Assembly: GCA_963575745.1 (NCBI GenBank)
Contig: CAUYUJ010000295.1
Span: forward strand, 62,001 to 115,705
DNA: 53,705 bases
Direction: 5' to 3'
DNA from: Prorocentrum cordatum
Lineage: Eukaryota
The stretch's first letter is position 1; each line of letters opens with the position of its first letter. Shown here one piece after another: positions 43,701 through 53,705 of the stretch. The notes beneath the pieces are model-generated. The model was not told the DNA's origin. It did not search any database and was given only the letters and a program-made list of their open reading frames with translations. The translations under genes and the position numbers were made by a program.

Positions 43701-43964
43701 CTGCTGCGGCATCTCTCCATCGGTCCGGGCACCCAGATCCTTCGGTACCCCTCGCAGGCGCTTCGCCGCCAGCCGCTCGCCCCAGGAGCGGCGGCGGATC
43801 CTCGGTGCGGCGAGCTGCCCGGCCGCGGGCGCCGCGCCTCCCGACCGCGGACTCCCGCGGGGGCGGCCAGGGCGCGGCTGGGCGCGATCCCGAGGAGCGC
43901 CCGTGGGCGCGAGGGGCGAACAGGAGCGGTCATCGAGACGAGGCGCGGGGACATTCCGCCGCAC
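40740..43964 (-). CDS. DIRS Pol: degenerate C5 MTase-like domain - reverse transcriptase - RNase H
   Basis: MTase-like: FAEVAVGAAG, HFAPPY, FSIEGP, DQCCFG, RKGT. RT: LIHDLR, LDFTDAF, MFG, YVDD. RH: FDAS, WEAYA, RGDA, NDVADDLSR. Confidence 0.88.
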   Translation of the reverse strand: MRRNVPAPRLDDRSCSPLAPTGAPRDRAQPRPGRPRGSPRSGGAAPAAGQLAAPRIRRRSWGERLAAKRLRGVPKDLGARTDGEMPQQPFRQHFAEVAVGAAGLSTAVRKLGVKVDTFTARSPGRARSGGFDMLALSEFRDLARRIRRRSYRWFHFAPPYRTFVRARRRRLHARVVVLRSTEQPYGLGTRHSRPRCVTEDNAWAVRTARLAKVQIQAGGFFSIEGPERSLMWEFEEYRLLVLLPGVFVVKGDQCCFGGQYRKGTKWVTNAPWLRQLGVRCPGPPVHPPHLPLEGLATRPDGSRCCRIELAAEYPQDLCEALARAFAADRSSPPSIATVTFDEHGARDPLQAPSRKAQREAANKMALGGLRDPHLSVARVPGWPGVGRDIRAALAPIIAGQDGAVLPEVRAVMELLGTEQNSGFPAAVVGRAREALAALWASRAAPIGVAPSGLQAHLLAAMLTAAGGPDVVLGQWAAGATPMGIDQDIPVCGVFPAMDKPYKYAGLARTELAPWPAAWGFHNYASYDEYAAEADAALKAELDAGYLIWRETLEELEELAGKCHLSKVAVLAKLRASGKLKIRLIHDLRRSGVNALARIPERVVLPRLYDAVQSLRAAGRAAQRRGRVGILVLDFTDAFKQLRVHPGERRYLCGSARVDGKWGFFQYLTVMFGHIAGPLVRGRVAAALMRASAATVPAPEAHLQCYVDDPLVVLVGEPEERSMAVLTLLLLWEALGFRMAWTKGKHGESVTWLGAEMKYAFKGDRIHAVLITVAEDQAEKLLSGALRLVEQPLIQRRDLRAFAGLASWVGSVTPALRGFAQMIWAAVSAPPAAGESAAVLRRERVSLALSWIIHFSERRLVSLPRAFCVDERPLEFIIGFDASTTGSGAWFSRDGGKHYHGFYYTVWDATDEIATGALKEDPGSQPLWEAYALLLAITTWATFIKDAEGQLGLRGDASGALQSVVRRKARHPLVNAIVIEAQLELGVGMSDLTAAHYWSEDNDVADDLSRVGEGSAIPQVLQGIVPSRPVRRQPWAFLGGGRPGGLAQGHRRQHGRAGEGERAVSAAPGAGARSV

Positions 43965-44063
43965 TGCAGAGCATTCAGGGGCTGGGCTACTGCCGCCGTG
44001 GCAAGATGCCTCCGCCCCTTCACTCGCCCCGCATCCCTCGCCAGAGCAGGCCGGGGATTGGCC

Positions 44064-45624
44064 TCACTTGGGCTTGCCCCCCTTGCCCTTGCCGCCGCCC
44101 TTGCCTTTCGGAATCGGCTTCCAGCCTGGGTGGGTCCTGCAGTCGATGCTGCGATGCGGCTGGCGGCACCACTCGCAGCAGTGCACCCTTGGCGGGTGGC
44201 TGCTGCACGGCGTCGTGCATCCGCCCTCGTTGCGGCTCCACTCGAAACAAATGTCCGAGCCGTTCTCTGCGCGGAGGAACCGGCCGTCCTCGCGCCTCTG
44301 GTTGACCCAGTTGTTCCACTCGGTGGTGCCCCGCATCTGCTTCGCGTCCCCCTGCCCTGACTGCGCCGCGTCCCTGGCCGCGGCCGCCTTCCGCTTCATG
44401 GCCCTCTTGCCCATGCCAGGCGGCGTCGCCGCTGACCCCGCCGCGGCCGCGGGGCGGGCGGCGCCCGAATCTGGCGGCACGGGGGGGGTACTCCTGCCGA
44501 CGCGTCCACGACGGCGCCCGCGCAGCATGCCCCCCTTTCTCCCAGCTCGTCGCCTTCTCCTTGAGGTGCTGGTCCCAGAAGTCCTTGCCCTCAAAGCCCT
44601 CCACGGCGGCCAACAGCACCGAGTTGTACGGGCGCTCCGGCTGGAACGTGCTCAGGTTAGGAGAGCTCTTGTGGAAGGCCCGCTGCCGCCTGAGCTCGTC
44701 CGGCACGAACTCAAATCGGAACTCCCATTCGGCCATTGCGGCCACCCACCATGCCTGAGGGTGGAGCTCTGCCAGCCGCCGGAAGTTCCTGGCGTAGGCA
44801 TCAGCGACGCCGCGCTCCACCACATCGGCCATGACCAGCGTGGGCACTGCGAACTCCCACGCCGCCATCCAATCGTCGAGACAGGACGGCCCCGGCACCT
44901 CATGTGGGACGAATGCTCCTTGCGCATTCTTGTGGTGTATCGTCAGCATGAGGTGCCGCTCGCGACGGCCGCCGTTCGGCCCCCAAATCGCCATATCGAA
45001 TGCCAACGGGTTCAGCTCTGCATCCGCGATCCGCTTGATCACGGAGAGCTGGTTGTCCGTCGGCGCCAGCTCGCGGGGCAGCGGCAGCGAGTTGATGGCC
45101 AGCCACCGGCCCCGCATCTTCTCGAGCTCAACCTCCTCGAGGGGCGTCACTGTGAGCCTGGACCCTTGGTCAAAGAAGTCCCTCACACGGAGGACGGGGC
45201 CCGTCGCCGACTCGATCGCCCCACTCCCGGACCCGATCGTGGCGATCACGGGCGGCTTCGCAGGGCCAGGCGGCTCAGACGCGCCAGCCACAAGGCCCCC
45301 TCCAGGCGCTTGCTGCGAGGCCTCGGACCCGCTGATCAGCGGCAGCCCAGCCAGCTGCCGAGCCACGTTGAAGAGCAGCACAAGCCTCGTACGCATCAGG
45401 CCGCCGCCCCCGACGGTTGCCGCCGACACCGCCTGGAGGTAATCATCCACACCCACGGCCGCCAAGAGCTTCATGTCGGCAAACTCTGGCTCCCCGAGGT
45501 GCGTGGCGACCTTCGTCCAAATGTCCTCCCCGACATTGGCGAACTGCCGCGCCGCGGCGAAATCAGCCATGGCGCCGAGCTCCTCCGGCGACGGCATCAG
45601 CGCCTCCATCGCTGCGGCAGCCAT
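44064..45624 (-). CDS. DIRS Gag-like protein with C-terminal Cys/His zinc finger, interrupted by a 1-nt frameshift at a C8 run (44481-44488)
   Basis: ATG at 45624 (MAAAAMEALMP). ORF 44020-45696 switches to the frame of 44064-44594, which carries CFEW..GC..PC...HCCEWC..PH...C. Confidence 0.7.
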
Positions 45625-45678
45625 GGCAGCCCGCGCAGCGCAGATACAGATCTTGAGACAACAGGGCCCCCCCCGCTT

Positions 45679-46022
45679 ACAAGCGTGCGACCACACACCT
45701 GTCCTAGAGCCAAAATGTCAACGGACCGTGCTATGCATCATGCTGCCGGTCCGCATGCTGCTACTCTATGCTGCCCTACTCGCGTTCAACTGGCACTGAA
45801 GCATGAGTAGGTTAGCACTGCCAAAAGCACAAGAACACAGGGAACCGTTTTCCGGTCACCTGGGCGTTTCCCCGCGGATCCGCACATTTTCGGTGTACCG
45901 GTCCATCCGTGCATTCTGGGGCAGAGAGGCTGCACTCTTCACACATCCCTGCAACCCCTCCTCCCACTCACCCCCACCCGCAGCAGGGCTTCGCTGTGAC
46001 TGCGCACACGCGTGTGCTTCAC
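45679..46022. repeat. Split direct repeat B (344 bp); second copy 37587-37930; contains a DinoSL-like 22-mer
   Basis: Copies offset by 8092 bp; one mismatch noticed (37921 C vs 46013 T). Confidence 0.93.
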
Positions 46023-46786
46023 AGCATGCCTCTGAAAGGCCCATGATCGCCGCAATATAGGTCCATGTGGCCACGCCTTCCCCCCCCCGATGACGCCTTC
46101 GATAGGCCAACATCTTTTCAACACCAGAGAAGCACATTCCCTCCTGCCCATGTTCGCCTCCGACGGGCCCGATGAGCTCAGGGTCGTCCTTATCTCAGCC
46201 TTGGATGTATGCACGTCCCAGGCCCCAAGCATTGCAACTTCCTCTTACAGTAACCACCCCTGCAAACGAAGCCCTTGAGGCATCGCACCTAAGAAGGGAT
46301 CGAACAGGGCAGGGCTAGATGAAGGGCGCCCAGGGCCGTTGAGCAACCGCCAATTGTCGAGGGGGGTTCGGGCCGTTTTTCCTCCGTTGACCTGGGGCCT
46401 TCTTTTCGCTTCCTTCCTTCCTCCCCTTTCCTTGCCTGCCATTGTCCTCCCTGCTCTTGCCTTTCTTCCTCTCATCTCGCTTTCCTCCCTTTTCTGCGCC
46501 TTTCCCTTTCCTTCCCTGACTCTCCTCTGTCTATGCTTTCCTCCGAGACAACTCGCGCGTGATATTCGACCCAACACGCTTCAGCGAGCACACGCGACGC
46601 AGACGCGCCGATCTGCATGCCGCCGCGCACGTCCATAACTAGGCTGCCCGCAGCCTACACCCAGGCCATGGGGCAGTCCTAGGGCCGCCTATGTCGTTAA
46701 AGGCTTAACGACTCCTGCCGTCCTTCGACTCGCGCTAGAGCCGCCGCAATTTGCTCCAACGGTCCCTGAAGGTTGCTGGATTTACC

Positions 46787-46858
46787 TGGATCTACCTGGA
46801 TTTACCAGGATTTATCTGCATTAATCTGGATGTATCTGCATTTACCTGGATTTATCAG
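46787..46858. repeat. 10-bp tandem repeat TGGATTTACC (~7 units)
   Basis: Direct reading. Confidence 0.7.
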
Positions 46859-47805
46859 GCTCCCCCACAAGTCGATTGGCGACAAGTCGTCGAGCCCTTC
46901 GGGACTTTGGCCTGCGCGCACCCCCGCGCCGTGGCCGCCGCCGCGGCCGCCGCCGCCGCCGCGCGACCAAGGTCCGCTCGGAATCGCAGCCGGAGTCGCC
47001 GCCGCCGCGGCGGCCGCCGCCGACGCCGTCGCCCGTCGCCCGCCGCCGCCGTCGCCGTCCGTGGTCGCCGCCGCCGCGGTGGCGACCGTCGCCGTCGCCG
47101 CGCTCGTCGCCGCCGCCAGCGCCGTCTCCTCGACCGCTGCGGCGGCGGCCGCCGCAGGCCGTCGTCGCGCGCGGGCCCCATGGGCGGGGCGGGCCGGCGG
47201 CCCCGCGGCCTTCGCGGGGCGGGCGCTCGGGAGGGGGGGCGGCCCAGCGCCCACTCCTGCGCGGCGGGCGGGGGGAGGGGGGGGAGGATCGAGGGGGGAC
47301 GTCGGGGAGGCGCCGCGAGGGGGGGGGGCAGCGAGCAGGGGTCGCGGGCGCAGCGTGTGCTTCCGACCCTTCCGGGAGGCTGCTGCAGGCCCGCCCGGGG
47401 CCTACAGCAGCCTTCTGGAGGCCTGGGTCAGGGGCTTCCTCCTCCTACCCCCTCGTGCCTGGCGGTCGCGGGAGGGAGGCGATCTTCCCCACCCGACAAG
47501 TTGGTTGGAGATTCACGGGAGAGACCTCCCGAACCGCCACGCCCTCTCTGTATTTACCGCGGCCGCTCGGCCCCAAGGGGGCCCTGTGCCCCCGGGGGAT
47601 CCCTCCTCGCGCTCTCGGGCGGGGATCGCTCGAAACACTACGTTTCTACGCGCGGTGATCTGTCTTTTCGGCGGGAGGAAGGCGCATGACGGACCGAGGA
47701 AGATCCCAGACCTCTGGCGACTCTGCAGAGAATGTGACGGCTTCTGCCTCGCACCCCGCAGCGCCCAGGGGCAGCCTTTTTCGGGGGGGGAGCCCCGTGA
47801 TCGTC

Positions 47806-47962
47806 CTTGATGGGCCCGTTTTCCACCACCACCAGCATACGTTGGAAGGGGAAGGGGTCCTCCTCCTCCTCCTCCTCCTCCTCCTCCTCCTCCTCCTCTT
47901 CCTCCTCCTCCTTCCCCCCTCCAACGTATGGTGGTGGTGGTGGTGCAAAACGAGCCCATCAG
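47806..47962. mobile_element. TIR element with (CCT)n core; homologous to TOP3A intron 1 (35558-35769)
   Basis: TGATGGGC..TTTCCACCAC termini in inverted orientation in both copies. Confidence 0.65.
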
Positions 47963-48869
47963 CCATGGCGACAGGCCTCGCGATGCCCTCGACACTTCCA
48001 GGGGCCCTCACTGCACAGTCCGCCGCCCAGGGCTCGACCGGGCTCCAGGGAGGCCCGGGCGCCCGAGTGGCAAGCAGCAGGTGTCACCCCCGCCCCCTCC
48101 CCCCTGGCACCCACCCCCCTCCCCACGGCGATCCGACGCCTCCATGTTCTTCGCTTGAGTACCCGTCGGGCGGAAGAAGTGGGGAGAAGCACAAAGTGGG
48201 AAGGCGTTGACAATAGATTGGGTGTCCGCCCGCCCCCTAAAAAAGAGGACGGGAAAGGTGGAGCCACTCGATCCTTGAAGTAGGAAAGCGAGGCAGGCGC
48301 CTGGCTTAGACTGGAACCTGGGACTCCAGAACTCCCTTCTCTCAACGACCGATGGGTGCCGGTACGGCGCCCCCGACCTCCGGCCTGGCTCCCCCGGGGG
48401 CAAGCGCTTGCTCGTGAGCCGTTCTCCAGCGGTCCTCCGGGGCCCGGCGGGGGCTCCCAGAGGCCGGAGGGAGGCGACGCGCCTCCTGCGCCCCTCCCTC
48501 CTCTCCTTGCCTCCCGGCCCGCGGGAGGAGACAGAATGATGTCGCTGACCATCGCTTGCCCTGAGGACAGCAACACGACTGACATGTGTTCTGGGGGTTC
48601 CGGGTTTGGAGCAAATCCATTATTCTGGGGTATACGATGGTCTGGAACATGCAACATGTGAGTCAAGAACATGTTTTCCAGGCAAAGGAGGCGTGATCTG
48701 TTTGAGGGGCGCACCAGAATTTGTCAACCTACCCAGTAGCCAACAAACCAACCGACCAACCAACAAACCAACCAGGCAACCTACCAACGAACCAACCAAC
48801 CGCTCAATCAACCTGTTAACATAATTTTGACCTGGCAGCAGAGCGACGCCAACTAAGACGATGATCGAT

Positions 48870-49235
48870 GACGACGGAATGGAATGGGATGGGATGGAAT
48901 TGAATGTGGGATGGGATGGGATTAGACGGACCGGAACGAGAGCAAGAGCACTGACAAGCGGCAGTGGCTCCGTTCCGTTCCGTTTGGTTCAAGTCTAATT
49001 CATTCCATTCCATCCCATCGCGTCGCATCCGATCCAATTGCATTCCATTCCGTCCTCGTCGTCGTCATCGTTTTTGTCATCGTGGTCGTCGTCGTCGTTG
49101 CCGTCGTCGTTGTCGCCGTCGTCGTAGTCGTCGTCAACGTCGTCGTCTTCATCGTCGTCGTCGTCGTCATCCTCGTCATCGTCGTCGTCGTTCTCCTCGT
49201 CGTCGTGCGTCGTCGTCCTAGTCGTCGGCGTCGTG
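48870..49235. repeat. Low-complexity block: (GGAAT)/(ATTCC) inverted pentamer arrays followed by (CGT)n
   Basis: Direct reading. Confidence 0.75.
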
Positions 49236-49949
49236 GCAAGTCGAGTTTTTTGTCCAACCCTGCGTTCCCACGTAGATTGTGGTGTAACATTGTATTGTTC
49301 CACCCTGCGGCGTTGCCACGTGAAGAGGACATTGTACTAACGGAGTGGAATTGATTTTTCCACGGCCCCCGCGGCGTTGCCAGGTGACGAGTGGGATGTA
49401 ATACTCTTTATTCGCCCACACCCAGGCCTGTCCACGTGGCGGGTGGAGTCGAATCGTATTTGTTGTTCGCCCGCCCAGCATGGTCACATGAGGAACATAG
49501 AATATTAATATGTTTCATGTCCCGAGGCGTTGCCGTATGACGTGTCGGGTTTTCCGCACCGCTGTATTTCATTGAAATTGCATTGCATCGCGTTGGATTG
49601 CATTAGCATTGAATTGCGCTTGCATTACAAGCAACCGCTGGACCCACAGACCAGTCCCAGTCCAGCCAAGCCACACTTCGGGGCGTGAGCGAAGATGTCT
49701 CACGCGACCGGCCCTGGAAAATAAAATTTCCTGGACCCAGAATCCGCCACCGTGCCCTCGAGGCATGACTTGGAGTGCCCTCAGGTCCCCCGCTGGATCC
49801 CCTGGAGCCTCAGCCCTCAGTCCTGGGGACTCCTCCGGGGCCCCGGACCCGCAGTTGCCAACTCCTCCGGAGCTCCCCGCGTGCCCCGTGGGGCCCATCG
49901 CCCATCGCGTGCCTCCTGGGGCGTGTTGCGGCTTGTCGCGCGACAGGAT

Positions 49950-51950
49950 CTCAAGGGGGGCCAAGAGAGAGTCCCACGAAGCCCCCAGGACGGTCTGCGA
50001 GGACCCGGAGGGCCGAACAATCGGCCCAAGACGCCTAAGGTGGCCTTCGGTCGGCCGAAAGAGCGCTCCAGACTTCCCAAGGCGCCTCCAAGAGCCTCCC
50101 CATGAGGGCCCCGAGGAGCACAAATCATGGTTGTTCATTCGGTGTTTTACAGTGTTTGGGGTTTCGCTTGTAGGAGCTTGCGACGATCCACGACGTCTCA
50201 AGAGGCCCCCAAGACCGCCCCAAGACGGACCCCAAGGGGGCCCCAAGACGGACCCAAAGGGGGCCCCAAGACGGCCCAAGAGGCGCCCAAGACGGCTCAA
50301 GAGGGCCGCGGCCCCAAAAGCGGCCCAAGAAGGGGGAACACGAACCGAAAATCCGAGCCTCCCGCCAACAGCGGCACCCAGGAGGCCCAAAAAGTTCCCC
50401 AAGAGTCCTCCAAGACGCCCCCATGAGGTCACATGCGGCCCCCAAGAGGCCACACGAGCCGCCAAAACAGACCCCTAGAGACTTCAAACTGCCTCCAAAC
50501 AGCCCCCAAGAATGCCTCCCACGTGGTCACAACGAACATCCAAAAGGCCTCTGACCCACAACCCAGGCACGGTGGCGGGGTGGGCCGAAGGCCTTTAGAT
50601 CCGCCGCCCAATTGATTTATCTCAGGGGTGCCTGCCGTGCTAGACCCTGTACGGTTTTTGGTATTGGTTCTTTTGCAAACAAGACCTGCCTCTGGGGCTT
50701 CGGCCCAGCGCACCTGGCTGCCCCTTCCGTCGGGGTTTTCGGTCAAGATTACCTCAATATGGCCTCCATGACGACCAAGACGCCTCCAAGACGGCCGAGA
50801 TGGCCCCAACAGACCCCACCATGGCCCCAAGATGCACCCAAAACGGCCCAAGATGGCATCATAATGGCCTACGACGGCCCAAAAGATCGGCACGAGGCCT
50901 CCAAGAGGCCTCCAAGACGGCCCACGAGGCCCGCAAAAGGGCCGCCAGGAAGGCCCGAAGAGGCCCAAAGCATGGGTATGCCTTAGGTGTTTGAATGATT
51001 CTTGGATGTGCTTATGTTTGGCCTTCCGACGGCCCGAGACGGCCCAAGAGCACCCAGAGATCGCCCAAAGATCGCCCCACAGGCCTCCAGGATGGCCCCA
51101 AAACGGCCCACGAGGCCTCCAAGACGACCAAGATGGCCACCAAGACAGCCCTGGAGCACCCCAAGAGGGCTCCAAGTCGGCGCAGAGGTCCCCAAGACGG
51201 CTTCCGACGGCGTCAGACGGACCAGGAACCATCCCCTGGAGGACCCCAATGGGGGCTCGACCCATCCCGCAGGCCAACCAGAAAGCCCGGGAACATGTAC
51301 AGCCCGTCGGCGTTCCCTTCCAAAACGGCCCCAATGTTGCCAAGACGGCCACGATGGAATCCCAGACGCCCCAAGAGAGCCCCAGATGGCGCCGAGATGG
51401 TCTCCAAGACAAGATGGTCCCAAGATGTCTCCGAGACCGCCAAGATGGTCCAAGAGAGCCCAAGAAGAGCACAAGAGGCTCCTAAGACGACCGAAGAGAG
51501 CCTCCAGGAAGGCCAAGAGAGGCCAAAGTCATTGATGTTCCGTTCGTTGTTTGAAGGATTCTGGCATTTCCTTCATCACAGCCTTCCGACGGCCTAAGAG
51601 GCCCCCAGGATTGGCCCAAGATCGCGCAAGAGTCCTCAAGATGGCCCCAGGACGGCCCAAGAGGCTCCCAAGACGGCCCCCAGAGGGCCACAAGACGGCC
51701 CAAGAAGTTTCCAATACGCCCAAGATGGCCTTCAACACGACCCTGAAGTGCCCTTAGAGGGAGGGCCCCAAGACGGCCCAGAAAAGGCTCCCAAGACGGC
51801 TTCCCACGGCGTCAGACGGGCCAGGAACGACTGAAGACGGCCAAAGAGACCGCCAAGAAGCCCGAAAAGGACCCCTAAGAGGCCCAAGGAGGCCTCCAAG
51901 AGACCCCCAGGAAGCTACCAGGAGGCCCTGATAATGACCCAACAAGCTCC
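49950..51950. repeat. Degenerate CCAAGACGGCC(C) short-period repeat field; related tracts at 4515-4750 and 36650-37120
   Basis: Dense CCAAGA(C/T)GG units, all on the + strand. Confidence 0.75.
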
Positions 51951-53705
51951 CAATAGGTCTCCCCATCCTTCTCCTCATCCTCCATTCTCCTTCCTGTCCT
52001 TACCCAATTCCTCGCCTCTTCCTCCACCACGTGTTCCCCGAAGGGCTTCCGTAACGGCTAGGGGACGCATGGTCCAATAGCGTGACCAAACGTGGACCAA
52101 ACGTTTGGCCACATAGGCGTATCCTAAAAGGCAGGGGTGCGGCGGTGATGCGCCGCAGGCGTCTTCGGCGCATGTTTCTAGAACCCCGAGAAAGCAACTC
52201 TTCAGAACCCCGGAATAACGCATGTTCTTAACCCTTATCCCTGTCCCGAGTTCGGTCGAAAATCTGAGTGTTTGCTCTCTCTTTCGCATGGCCGTCCACT
52301 CCCCGTGCATATTTCGATGTCGTGCGTGTATGTTTTCCTCGCGATGATCCAAGATTCTCCCCGATGGTCCCCGCCGGGGGAAACATGTACACGTCCGAGC
52401 GATGCCAAGTGCTACCGCTGCTCTCTCGCGAGCGGTCCTCCACCACGTCCTCCGCCCCCGAGAACTGCGACAGGACACGGCCACTGTGCCGACCGGGCGT
52501 GTGCAGCGGGGGCCCGACCACAAGAACCCTTCCGCAAGACACCCAGCCCCAAGATGCCAGGGCGTCCATCCATGTCTGGAATGGGCACGTCACGCCTTCC
52601 ATAGCAGAACCATCGGCACCCAAGTCGTTCTCCTGAAATGGATGAAATATTAACTCTGCTCCTGCACCTCAATCTAGTAGCATGAACGGTTTGTCGGTTC
52701 TTCTTCAATTGTGACTGCTGGCTACTATTGGACTAGAACCGCGCGCGCGCTTCGCGCGCGCTTAGGTTTTAGCGCATGCCCAAATGCTACCACGAGGCAT
52801 GGAATTCATGCCGTGTTGTGCGTTGAGGTTGGCGCCCGCTTGCGCTGGTTTCGCGGCTGCTCTGCTCCAGGAGGGGAGCAGGAAATTTAATTCCTGGACA
52901 TTGACGACACTTGTCATTTGCATACTGGGATTGGCGTCTACTCCTCCTCTCATCCTCCTCCTTGCACTGATCCATATCATCGTCCCGATCCGTCCTCTCC
53001 TCTTCGTTGTCCTCCCTCCTCCTCGTGCAGCCGTCGCCTCTCGCGCTCCTCCATCCATCCCTTCCATCCCCTCCGTGCGCCTCCTCCTCCTCCTCCTCCT
53101 CCTCCCCGTCGTCCCCGTTCCCTCCTCTCGATCCTCATCCTCCCTATCCTCTTTCTCTTTCTTCTGGTCGGGGCGACCTCCTCAGAGAGGGCTTCCCAGC
53201 CTGTTCCCCCTCCTCCTTCCCGTTCATCCTCTCCTCCCACCAGTGTTAAAACCCGCCGTCCTCACCATTTTTAACAAAACAAACTAAACTTTGCGGGGTG
53301 GGCGGCAGGCTGGTCGTGGGTGCGTCGCGGCGCGCGGTCGCGGGAAGGGGTGTCCGTTGGTCAGCGCGAGCCCGCACCTGGCGGCGGAGATGGGGGGAAG
53401 CAGGGAGAGAGGGCCGAGTAAGGGAGAAAACCATGAGCGAAGGGGGAAAAAGGGAAAGGAACGGGCCTCCCCGAGTCGGGAACCAGGAAATGGGGCGGAG
53501 ACAACAAGGGAAAGGACGGGCAGAGGAACGCAGGGGCGATATCTGTGCTCGATCCCGCCGCCGTGGATCGCGGCGCCCTCCTTCTCCCCCCTCCCATTCC
53601 TCCTTTCCCTCCTCCTCCCCCCTTCTGGCTGCTCCATAGACGGGTGCATGGGTGCATGGTGGTGGGGCGTCCTCCTCCTCTGCCCCCCTTTCCTCATCAT
53701 ACTTG

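Larger units (their letters stand above)
37137..46022 (-). mobile_element. Tyrosine-recombinase retrotransposon (DIRS order, PAT/Ngaro-type split direct repeats) with MTase-like domain
   Basis: In element orientation the order is B(45679-46022), ORFs, A(37931-38328), B(37587-37930), a 52-bp spacer, A(37137-37534). ORFs are gag-like, MTase-RT-RH and YR. Confidence 0.93.

Noticed and set aside
43567..45810. 747-aa + strand ORF
   Set aside because: Antisense shadow of GC-rich DIRS gag/pol with no recognisable motifs.
46870..48600. Possible additional gene (GC-rich island and exon-like pieces)
   Set aside because: No recognisable domain and no consistent exon chain could be built by eye.
52230..52930. 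Coding-like minus-strand fragments
   Set aside because: No identifiable motifs or supported splice structure.

Overview
GC-rich eukaryotic genomic DNA, almost certainly dinoflagellate: introns use GT, GC and GA donors with AG|G acceptors, and dinoflagellate spliced-leader (DinoSL)-like motifs are present. The main gene is a minus-strand DNA topoisomerase III alpha (TOP3A). I reconstructed 17 exons by hand between 35865 and about 10310; the C-terminus is unresolved. Every intron junction carries a short direct repeat, and at least six introns end in terminal inverted repeats (introner-like). Two introns cannot be spliced to the conserved protein with G[TCA]-AG boundaries. Intron 2 holds a young Ty1/copia LTR retrotransposon (26220-33495; identical 83-bp LTRs, CAATC TSD) with a C5-cytosine methyltransferase-like domain inside pol. 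Upstream lies a tyrosine-recombinase (DIRS-order) retrotransposon with split direct repeats (37137-46022), also with an MTase-like domain. The most striking observation is that both unrelated retroelements carry a sense-oriented DinoSL-like motif in their terminal repeats. The rest is nested MITEs (one family has 15 of 15 copies in the same orientation), a foldback-like element, minisatellites and microsatellites, and a decayed 22-aa-repeat coding-like region. All coordinates were read manually and no database searches were run.
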